Below are positions 57,124-64,000 of a stretch of 64,000 bases of DNA, piece after piece. The position numbers were made by a program, and so were the translations under genes. The DNA is from a virus (Duplodnaviria; Caudoviricetes). Position 1 is the stretch's first letter. Each line of letters begins with the position of its first letter. The notes under the pieces were generated by a model. The model saw only the letters and a list, made by a program, of their open reading frames with translations. It was not told the DNA's origin and did not search any database. Where the stretch lies: positions 192,001-256,000 of the IMG/VR virus record IMGVR_UViG_3300045596_000094. One strand, 5' to 3'.

Positions 57124-59643
57124 TTAAGCAGCCAAAGCTTCGCTATAAACAAGCTTCACATGCTTATTATATTCTTTAGGGATCGTTAGGATATTACGCG
57201 CATCGGTGATGAATATCTCACTATTACCAAACGCGCTATGGTTCGCATTGTAGTGAGAAATCATGAACATCTGATCGTATATACCCGCTTCCATAATCCC
57301 GCTTAAATAACGGGTTAGGCGTGGTCTATGCGCTTCATCCAATGTGGGTGCTAATTCATCCACATAAAGAGGAAACTCATCTAAACCTAGATACTTTTTA
57401 ACCACCATACGGAAAGCAAAGTTAATAATGTCACGTTGACCGTCTGAACATTCTGAAATGTCAGGTGTCATTAAGTAACCATTATCGATCGACAAAGGAA
57501 ATTTACATGTAACATCAGTGCTATCTACACCACAAGCTAAAACTTCTAATTTTGTTGTCCATACCTGATCGATAATTGTATTAACATCAGCAATGAATAC
57601 GTCAACGAAGTTTTGAATATAGCGAGAGATTAAACCATCTACTGGAGATAGTGCTTTCATAATGGCGTGATAGTCCGCAGTATTTTCTTTTGCCTTGTCG
57701 CGTTCACGTTCCAATTCTTCTATTACGGCACCATGTCGAGCAATGTGGTTCAATGCTGTATTGGCTGTTGCTAGATTTATCTGCTTTGTATTTGCTAATT
57801 CAGATAAGGCTCTATTCTTACACGCCAGTAATAGAAGATCGTGTTTCTCCTGAATCTTCGTATGGATTGCCATTGCGCGAGAAGCACATTCTTCTGCTCT
57901 GGTAATCTCTTTTAGATATTTACGACTAGATTCTAGAAGTGTCTTTTGATGAGCGAGATGGTCAATCGTTAATGCAATGCGTTGCTCTAGCTTCTGAACA
58001 GTCTCACCATTATACACGTCTTGAGATTCAGTTAGTCGTTTAGCGTTTTCCAACACTACCCGATTCATTTCAATCTTCTTCTCTAGCTCTGAGATTCGTT
58101 CACATTCTTGTAATCCAAAACCAAAGCGTTGTAGAGTTGGTAAATGGGAGATTGGTGCAACTCGATATAGATTCTCCTCAACCAATATAGTCCATAGAGG
58201 ATCCAGAATAGTGTTGTTTTCAATAACATGTTTCAATGTTTTGATCTGTACGGAATATTCTTGAGCACCAGTTAGATATTCGTTGGCGGAATCTAGATTT
58301 GCTTGTTTTGTTTTCAGCTCATCGGCTAGGTTTATTAGTTCGCGTTTAGCATCTTCTGGATTAAACTGAACCAAACCCGGTCTGAACGAAAAATCACATT
58401 TAGGGCAGTTGATGTCATGTGACTGATCGTAATGTTCAACCTGATGCTGTAAACGCATCATCCGATCTTTGATAATTGCGATAGAGTTATTAATCGTTTG
58501 GACCTCAGCTCTTTTGTCTTGTACCTTTTGTTTGGTGTAGAACATTGAGGTGTTGTCAAACATTGTTGAGAAAGCTTCGGTTAGAATTGGTTGAACAGAA
58601 TTGAAAGCTCCGAGGATAGTTGAGATGTTCTGTCCTTTGATTTTTTCATAGACATCATTTCGTGAAGTGAGTTTTATATATTCCTTGTTAAATTGACCAT
58701 TCACTTTCTCCAAATCCTGAACACCACCTACCCCAGACGCCGCTAAAGCTTCTAAAGTATCAAGAATCTTGTCCTTGTCCTTATAAAGCTCGTCTAACTT
58801 CTCCTGATCACCCTGCATGCGACTTTCTAATCCCGCAATATACATTTGCACCATATTGGAAGAATTGCTAACAGAGATCAAATGAGGAGGTTTCACAAGG
58901 TGTAGGGTCATTACCTCTGCAGAACAATCTTCAAACTCACGCAACAATTTATCCATCTCAATTCGAATGGTTTGCATTGAGGGTATGTTATTCTCACGCT
59001 GGTGCATGATTAGCTGTAGTTCTTCTGTTAAACGTTTAACGGAAGTTTCTAATTCGCCAATTCGTTCCTGATCAGCGATGTCTTGAGATTCTTCCGCGAG
59101 GCGTTTTACATTGTGTTTTTCAATAGTCTGAGCTTCACGATGTAATTGTTTAGCTGAATTGAAAAGACGCATTGCATAATCTAAATCATTACCTGAGAGT
59201 TTTAATATCCAATCTCGGCGTTTGATTGGCGCCATATCGGTGAATGTGGTGCGTCCGATTAATATCTTCATGATATCATAATTCACACCAAAGATACGTT
59301 CAATAAGTGTCTTCTGAGCTGTAGCTGTACCTCCAGGGTTAAGTTCAGTTTCACGACCATCTTCATGTAATTCTAAGAACGAATGGCGATTATGTTTTTC
59401 GTAGCTAGAATGGAGTTTATATTTCTTTCCTTCATGTGTCGCTACAAATGTCTTGTAACCACCTAACAACATATCTTCTGTTCTTGGAGGGAGGGGGTTC
59501 AGCTCATTCATAAATGAAGATTTACCTGAGCCGTTAGTGCCAATAATAATTTGGATGTCTTGATCTGGGTTATAATGTATTGTTTCTATGCCAGAAAATC
59601 CAAGACGTTTAAAACGATGGAGGATAACTTCTAAAATACGCAT
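57124..59643 (-). CDS. sbcC: SbcC/Rad50-like SMC ATPase (phiKZ gp165-like)
   Basis: Walker A GTNGSGKS, coiled coils, CPKC hook, CSDGQR signature, LYVDE Walker B, MISH. Confidence 0.93.
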   Translation of the reverse strand: MRILEVILHRFKRLGFSGIETIHYNPDQDIQIIIGTNGSGKSSFMNELNPLPPRTEDMLLGGYKTFVATHEGKKYKLHSSYEKHNRHSFLELHEDGRETELNPGGTATAQKTLIERIFGVNYDIMKILIGRTTFTDMAPIKRRDWILKLSGNDLDYAMRLFNSAKQLHREAQTIEKHNVKRLAEESQDIADQERIGELETSVKRLTEELQLIMHQRENNIPSMQTIRIEMDKLLREFEDCSAEVMTLHLVKPPHLISVSNSSNMVQMYIAGLESRMQGDQEKLDELYKDKDKILDTLEALAASGVGGVQDLEKVNGQFNKEYIKLTSRNDVYEKIKGQNISTILGAFNSVQPILTEAFSTMFDNTSMFYTKQKVQDKRAEVQTINNSIAIIKDRMMRLQHQVEHYDQSHDINCPKCDFSFRPGLVQFNPEDAKRELINLADELKTKQANLDSANEYLTGAQEYSVQIKTLKHVIENNTILDPLWTILVEENLYRVAPISHLPTLQRFGFGLQECERISELEKKIEMNRVVLENAKRLTESQDVYNGETVQKLEQRIALTIDHLAHQKTLLESSRKYLKEITRAEECASRAMAIHTKIQEKHDLLLLACKNRALSELANTKQINLATANTALNHIARHGAVIEELERERDKAKENTADYHAIMKALSPVDGLISRYIQNFVDVFIADVNTIIDQVWTTKLEVLACGVDSTDVTCKFPLSIDNGYLMTPDISECSDGQRDIINFAFRMVVKKYLGLDEFPLYVDELAPTLDEAHRPRLTRYLSGIMEAGIYDQMFMISHYNANHSAFGNSEIFITDARNILTIPKEYNKHVKLVYSEALAA

Positions 59644-59712
59644 GTTACACTCTTTAATATATTACATTCATATGTAAAGTGAACTCAATTATTTTTTAGG
59701 AGGATATTGGCA

Positions 59713-60666
59713 ATGGCGAGTATTCCAATGCGTGATTTGTCCTTGCTCCGAGTGATCTCTGTGGGTACGGTGGCTGAAAATAAAGAACTGGATTCCGATA
59801 AAGTAGAAATTGTATTAAGTGAACAACGTTCTTTTCTGGACGGGGAAATTAAATCCGACTTTAGCTCAGACACTGCAAAGGGTGTAGATGCTTCTGGTAA
59901 AGCCTTCGAAGTCACTGTACATATGTGTAACACAATCAATGCCGAATGGATTGGGGATGGTACGAACCGAATATCGGCCCCAGATGTCCGTCGCGGTGAT
60001 CGTGTTGAAGTTCTACAATATGCGGAAGTGGATCGTTTCTTTTGGAGAGCGTTGCCGACCACTGGGAGTTCTGTTCGCAAATTAGAAACAGTAGTGCATG
60101 CGTATTCAAATACTCAAGACGAGAATGATAATTCCCCGACAGCTGCCAATAGCTGGCATAGTGAAGTCAATACCCATTCTAAGGTTTGGACTTTAGCAAA
60201 GACTAATAAAAACGATGGTGAGGCTTACGCTTATATCCAGCAGATCGATGCTAAGGCAGGTAATGTTGTACTTAGTGCTGACGATGTCGGTAACTACGTT
60301 CAAATGAATTCTAAGGATTCTCATATCGAAATAGCGAATGCTTCAGGGTCGCAGGTCTCGGTAAATAAACGTGTGATCACGCTTAGTGCTGATACCATCA
60401 TTCTCGACGCTAAGAAAATGATTCAAATGAATTCAGCTTCGGCTGAGGTGAAAATAGCAGAAACCAACTGGACAGGCAATACCAAAATGACTGGTAATCT
60501 TTCCATGACTGGGGGTATTAGCGTGGAAGGGGGTGGGTCATTTACTGTTAACAGTAATGCTGATTTCCAATCTGGGATTAATCACCAGGGTGTGGATATT
60601 GGTAAAGACCACAAACACCAAGTATACGGTACTAACTCTATCTCTGGTATTGTGGTTGCTGGTTAA
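59713..60666 (+). CDS. Baseplate central spike (phiKZ gp164 / P2 gpV-like)
   Basis: APDVRRGDRV OB-fold region, beta-helix-like repeats, apex DIGKDHKH (HxH); RBS AGGAGG. Confidence 0.85.
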   Translation: MASIPMRDLSLLRVISVGTVAENKELDSDKVEIVLSEQRSFLDGEIKSDFSSDTAKGVDASGKAFEVTVHMCNTINAEWIGDGTNRISAPDVRRGDRVEVLQYAEVDRFFWRALPTTGSSVRKLETVVHAYSNTQDENDNSPTAANSWHSEVNTHSKVWTLAKTNKNDGEAYAYIQQIDAKAGNVVLSADDVGNYVQMNSKDSHIEIANASGSQVSVNKRVITLSADTIILDAKKMIQMNSASAEVKIAETNWTGNTKMTGNLSMTGGISVEGGGSFTVNSNADFQSGINHQGVDIGKDHKHQVYGTNSISGIVVAG

Positions 60667-60674
60667 AATAAAAA

Positions 60675-60723
60675 GCATAGTTGAGTATCAGAAGGGGCAA
60701 TCCCCTTCTGATATTCGGTATGT
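60675..60723. terminator. Bidirectional terminator
   Basis: gagtatcagaagggg/ccccttctgatattc at 60683-60716 flanked by gcata and tatgt. Confidence 0.82.
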
Positions 60724-60724
60724 A

Positions 60725-61240
60725 TTATTTTAAATATTGTGTTAGATTTCTATTACCCAAAACAATAAAGAAAAGTACAACTGCTGGACTATAATCTATT
60801 TTTGTTGATAGCTTAGTAGTAATGATTTTATTGATCGCGAGTGTGTCTTCATCTACAGTCTGTGCTGGTAGAGAATCAAACCCTAGATCGGAATACTGTC
60901 TAAGTTCTTCAACTGCTGCTCTTAAAATAGTTACGTCATTATAGTCTTTATGTCTAAGTTGATTTAGTAACTTTTGACTGAGATTAATTTCTTTCGTCAT
61001 GAGTATTGGGTTCTTCCGTGCAACCACCAAAAGACGAACTACGAAATCATACTGAATTAAACGACTGGCACATTTAATCCGTACTTCCTGACTGTCAAAT
61101 TGTCTTACTTTAGATAAGACATAGTACAGAAAGAAATAATTGCAAAATCGAGTCACGCCTTTCTGTAATACGAACTTCCAAACAAGCATAAACGCTACTA
61201 TAACAGAAAGAGTAAAGATAAACCAATGGGGGACAGACAT
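60725..61240 (-). CDS. Putative membrane protein
   Basis: N-terminal transmembrane segment; RBS AGGAG. Confidence 0.75.
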   Translation of the reverse strand: MSVPHWFIFTLSVIVAFMLVWKFVLQKGVTRFCNYFFLYYVLSKVRQFDSQEVRIKCASRLIQYDFVVRLLVVARKNPILMTKEINLSQKLLNQLRHKDYNDVTILRAAVEELRQYSDLGFDSLPAQTVDEDTLAINKIITTKLSTKIDYSPAVVLFFIVLGNRNLTQYLK

Positions 61241-61281
61241 AATCTAACTCCTATATCTTCATAGCAATAGTCGTATACTAT

Positions 61282-61423
61282 GAAGTTGTTGCCGCAAAGT
61301 TGTTGTTTGCGAGTTTATTCGAGGACACCCATGGTAGACTCCAGACTATCATGGACTTACACTCACCCACACTTAGCATTTAGAGAGAGGATGCCTATGG
61401 TGTGGGTTATTTTTTATTTATGC
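61282..61423 (+). ncRNA. Candidate late-expressed structured small RNA
   Basis: CTATGAAG late-type motif at 61278-61285, three hairpins, last followed by ttattttttatttatgc; no convincing + strand CDS. Confidence 0.4.
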
Positions 61424-61456
61424 CGTCAAATAAAAAAAAAGAATAGTAATATGTAA

Positions 61457-61486
61457 ATAGAGTATAGCCCTAGGGCTATACTCTAT
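61457..61486. terminator. Perfect 30-bp CCCTAGGG palindrome overlapping a stop codon
   Basis: atagagtatagccctagggctatactctat. Confidence 0.75.
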
Positions 61487-61710
61487 GGTATTTGTGCGCA
61501 TTCTTTATCTACAATGGTTTTGATTCGATTATAATGATCCCGATGAACTAGGGTCTGTCTAATCGGTTTAGCGAGAGTCATTAAATCTTCGATCTTTCGA
61601 TCAGCTATTTCCTGGGGATATTGCTCACTCCATGCTTTACAGAGATACTCAATCTTTTCATTGAGTATTCTGATATAAGCGTGTGATTGTTTAAGCATGA
61701 AAGTATTCAT
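61483..61710 (-). CDS. Hypothetical protein
   Basis: TAATG coupling to upstream gene. Confidence 0.72.
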   Translation of the reverse strand: MNTFMLKQSHAYIRILNEKIEYLCKAWSEQYPQEIADRKIEDLMTLAKPIRQTLVHRDHYNRIKTIVDKECAQIP

Positions 61711-61928
61711 TAGTAGTCCGTATATTTTGTTTGTTCTTGGGACGCTTTCTCAGCTTTATGCCAGTAAGCGAAGATTAAACCAGAAGCCGTTGAGATTGTA
61801 AGCCCAACGATTCTCATGATGTTGCTATAGGTAACCAGATCAAAATGGATAGAAATGTTAGCGAATAAAACCAACATACCGAAAATAATAAGAGCCATTG
61901 CGATTGCTTTAGTGTTGTGTGCGTTCAT
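61710..61928 (-). CDS. Small two-transmembrane protein
   Basis: Two hydrophobic helices; RBS AAGGA. Confidence 0.78.
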   Translation of the reverse strand: MNAHNTKAIAMALIIFGMLVLFANISIHFDLVTYSNIMRIVGLTISTASGLIFAYWHKAEKASQEQTKYTDY

Positions 61929-62010
61929 GATAATTTCCTTAAAGAGTATTGTATTTTAGTAAGAGGTGACATATGTTCGATGCCACTTGTAGGAGCACCG
62001 TTAGATTAGA

Positions 62011-62367
62011 TTATTCGTTAATGACGGTTTCAGCGTAAATTTCCAGTTCTTCAACTGCCAGATCTATATCACTGAATTCCAAGATTGCAATTGGGTTTTG
62101 GTCTTCACCATACACTAAGATGTTTTGTTCATCGCGTATGACAATCACAGAAACACCGTTGTCCAATTCAATATGATATTGTGTTTTGTGTTCATGTGCT
62201 TCAAAATATTCAGGTTGTTCCGAACTGATTTCGCAATCAAGATTATGTTCTAAAGAGATTATTGCGATTAATTGTTCAAGGTGAAGATGCATGTTAATGG
62301 GCCCATTTAAAAAGAGAGAGTGTTCTCTATAATATTTTAAAGCTGTAGCTGTAATAACAACTACCAT
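62011..62367 (-). CDS. Acidic hypothetical protein (start uncertain)
   Basis: ORF directly after early promoter motif. Confidence 0.68.
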   Translation of the reverse strand: MVVVITATALKYYREHSLFLNGPINMHLHLEQLIAIISLEHNLDCEISSEQPEYFEAHEHKTQYHIELDNGVSVIVIRDEQNILVYGEDQNPIAILEFSDIDLAVEELEIYAETVINE

Positions 62368-62398
62368 AATGAGTGGGATGTTCTCCTCTACTCAAAAT

Positions 62399-62430
62399 GA
62401 TAGTGTATATTTGAAATAATTTTAATTGAG
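62399..62430 (-). promoter_or_regulatory. Putative early promoter
   Basis: Minus strand CTCAATTAAAATTATTTCAaatatacactatc. Confidence 0.72.
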
Positions 62431-62431
62431 A

Positions 62432-62653
62432 TTATTTCGAAACCCTTCGATAATTCACACATTCATTTCCATTGGATGTGACGTTGTATTCGGAACAGGA
62501 CCAATCTCGATCTGATAAGGTAATGGGTACACGATTACCACCAGGGGTAGGCATACCGTAACGCGCACCAATGAATATTAGAAATGAAACAATAGACGTT
62601 ACAACTAATAAAGATATCCACTGATGTTTTGATAACTGTTTTGTGGTTTTCAC
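62432..62653 (-). CDS. Small membrane-anchored protein with Cys pair
   Basis: GTG start with RBS AGGAG; TM then WSCSEYNVTSNGNECVNY. Confidence 0.75.
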   Translation of the reverse strand: MKTTKQLSKHQWISLLVVTSIVSFLIFIGARYGMPTPGGNRVPITLSDRDWSCSEYNVTSNGNECVNYRRVSK

Positions 62654-62730
62654 GTTAGTCTCCTTTTCTTTCTTTTACCTTCTGCTTGCCAGGGTTCTTT
62701 CTCAACCATAGAGTGAATGTTTTCATTCAT
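62650..62730 (-). CDS. Micro-ORF (26 aa, MNENIHSMVEKEPWQ...)
   Basis: Fills gap between neighbours; GTGA overlap with next start. Confidence 0.4.
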   Translation of the reverse strand: MNENIHSMVEKEPWQAEGKRKKRRLT

Positions 62731-62732
62731 GA

Positions 62733-62855
62733 TTAAAGCCGCCCCCATACAGGAAGGCGACAATCTAGACAATTTATTCCGAAGTTTAGTCCGCGCTTTA
62801 CTTGGGTTCTTTTTCTGCATCTTTCGTGTTTCAGCTCGATAATTAAATTACTCAT
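62733..62855 (-). CDS. Micro-ORF (40 aa) with HxxC/CxxC
   Basis: MSNLIIELKHERCRKR..NCLDCRLPVWGRL; overlaps upstream stop. Confidence 0.5.
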   Translation of the reverse strand: MSNLIIELKHERCRKRTQVKRGLNFGINCLDCRLPVWGRL

Positions 62856-63024
62856 CACTTACCCATTTCGTACAATAAACATTTACGTTAGCACCTACAC
62901 GCTGTTCTTGTGTTGAAACACAAGCTGTAGGAGATTCATTATTCTGATGGGTCGCCTTATACGACCCAATCAGTATTGCCGTCATAGCTGAAAAGCTAAT
63001 GCTCGCTACCAATAATTTATTCAT
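62848..63024 (-). CDS. Small membrane-anchored protein with Cys pair (58 aa)
   Basis: MNKLLVASISFSAMTAILIG..ACVSTQEQRVGANVNVYCTKW; read manually. Confidence 0.62.
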   Translation of the reverse strand: MNKLLVASISFSAMTAILIGSYKATHQNNESPTACVSTQEQRVGANVNVYCTKWVSDE

Positions 63025-63040
63025 TACAATAACCTAATTC

Positions 63041-63148
63041 TTAGTTCATAGTAAGGAACATCCACTCAATAATAAATGCGTGTATCAGACAAGTCATGAG
63101 GAATATAGTTATACCGTTCAGATATGGTTCAGGTACACGTTTAGCCAT
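63041..63148 (-). CDS. Small single-TM peptide (35 aa, MAKRVPEPYL...)
   Basis: Shortened from track ORF 63041..63235 to the ATG overlapping the upstream stop. Confidence 0.5.
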   Translation of the reverse strand: MAKRVPEPYLNGITIFLMTCLIHAFIIEWMFLTMN

Positions 63149-63395
63149 GTAGAGACCATCCCAATAATAAGCCAGCAACAAAGCATAAAACACTAAGCAT
63201 AGCAATATGCCATCCTCGGTCAGAGAACAAGGCATCCGTATAGGTTTCTTTCTCTTCGATGACCAATGGTTCTTTTACAATAAATTTCACAGGTTTAAAT
63301 TCCTTATCCTTTTCCATATGGTTACAGACCGGACAATCTTTCTTACATTTCATTTCTTTCCTTCCTCCATCGCTCAACCATGCGATTATTTTCAT
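63141..63395 (-). CDS. Small protein with CxxxCxxC motif and C-terminal TM helix
   Basis: CKKDCPVC; hydrophobic C-terminus; start may be the internal MKCKK. Confidence 0.65.
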   Translation of the reverse strand: MKIIAWLSDGGRKEMKCKKDCPVCNHMEKDKEFKPVKFIVKEPLVIEEKETYTDALFSDRGWHIAMLSVLCFVAGLLLGWSLHG

Positions 63396-63537
63396 AATCC
63401 TCTAATCTTCTTATTGCTGCAGCTTGTTCATTCAACATGCGTCTTCTTAAAGCTCGAAATCTCTGATCTCTCAATACCTGCATTCTAACTTCATACCGGT
63501 ATATCTCTATTTGTTTTTCTAGGGGTAACATATTCAA
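63343..63537 (-). CDS. Small Arg-rich helical protein
   Basis: RBS GGAG upstream. Confidence 0.6.
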   Translation of the reverse strand: MNMLPLEKQIEIYRYEVRMQVLRDQRFRALRRRMLNEQAAAIRRLEDYENNRMVERWRKERNEM

Positions 63538-63728
63538 ATCTCCATTTAATCTATTTTCTAACGAATAGATTAAAGACTAAAGTATCTCTCTTATCTATTC
63601 AATAAGGATGGTTGTTACACAACACTACTGAAGGAGATTAGATACTCTTAGTATCTAATGCTTAGTATATATTTAATAAAGCATAGGATGCCTAGAGGGA
63701 AAACCTTTAGTGGTTCTCTATACTACAG

Positions 63729-63764
63729 ACATATTCAATAAAAAATGAGAGCCGAAGCCCTCAT
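63729..63764 (-). terminator. cUUCGg hairpin with U tract after spanin genes
   Basis: atgagagccgaagccctcat at 63745-63764. Confidence 0.7.
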
Positions 63765-63767
63765 CCC

Positions 63768-63998
63768 TTATTTCGATTCTTCTACGGGTATTGTCTTTGG
63801 CCAAGCAGCCAATACAAAATCTAATTCTGCGGAATAGTCTCGAGCGAGCTTAACCACTTCTGCTGTAAAGGCTGAGCATTCTGCAAGATTGTTTCCTGCG
63901 GTAATGGCGTACTGCGTTTTGGCGGCATCGGATAAGTTGGACACTTTATTGTTAAGGGTTGTGATGGTGTTGCGCAACCGCTCATTAGTAGCGAGATC
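63768..63998 (-). CDS. Rz: i-spanin (Rz-like), 5'-truncated by window edge
   Basis: Open helical frame ...NNLAEC...VLAAWPK; contains a lipoprotein ORF in its +1 frame. Confidence 0.68.
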   Translation of the reverse strand, partial: DLATNERLRNTITTLNNKVSNLSDAAKTQYAITAGNNLAECSAFTAEVVKLARDYSAELDFVLAAWPKTIPVEESK

Positions 63999-64000
63999 AG
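63821..64000 (-). CDS. Rz1: o-spanin (Rz1-like) lipoprotein embedded in the i-spanin gene, 5'-truncated
   Basis: ..LISLLMSG-C-ATPSQPLTIKCPTYPMPPKRSTPLPQ..KWLSSLETIPQN*: lipobox-like Cys, second Cys, Pro-rich; absent from ORF track. Confidence 0.72.
   Translation of the reverse strand: MISLLMSGCATPSQPLTIKCPTYPMPPKRSTPLPQETILQNAQPLQQKWLSSLETIPQN

Noticed and set aside
59658-59665. Exact phiKZ early motif TATATTAC on + strand before the spike gene
   Set aside because: Precedes a late structural gene and lacks the upstream element at the spacing seen elsewhere; may be chance in AT-rich DNA
23779-61486. CCCTAGGG palindromes as CRISPR repeats or IS ends
   Set aside because: Dispersed single copies, no spacers, no cas or transposase gene, no target duplications seen

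Overview
This window is part of a phiKZ-like (Chimalliviridae-type) lytic jumbo phage genome, AT-rich and densely coding. The host cannot be determined from the sequence. Core genes: four pieces of the split virion RNA polymerase (beta-N 26172-30644, beta'-N with the DFDGD catalytic motif 30644-32299, beta-C 47831-48508, beta'-C 23812-24513), prohead protease, a 2.4-kaa tape-measure-type protein with two wall-degrading domains, three paralogous tail-fibre proteins, a central spike, UvsX/RecA, RNase H, SbcC ATPase and an insertion-bearing ThyA. Accessory islands carry a NADAR protein, two XRE regulators, a nucleoside-deoxyribosyltransferase-like/NUDIX fusion, a three-member paralogue family (one copy split by a -1 frameshift) and many small membrane proteins. 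Signals missed by the ORF track: an embedded Rz/Rz1-type spanin pair at the right edge, a family of perfect CCCTAGGG-centred palindromes, a recurring 'hairpin + TATG' terminator signature, early and late promoter motifs, and several structured intergenic elements that look like small RNAs. No tRNA, rRNA, CRISPR array, intron or IS element was recognised. phiKZ/SPN3US gene-number equivalences come from motif recognition and recalled gene order, not database searches. Several start codons were moved to the ATG with a visible RBS.
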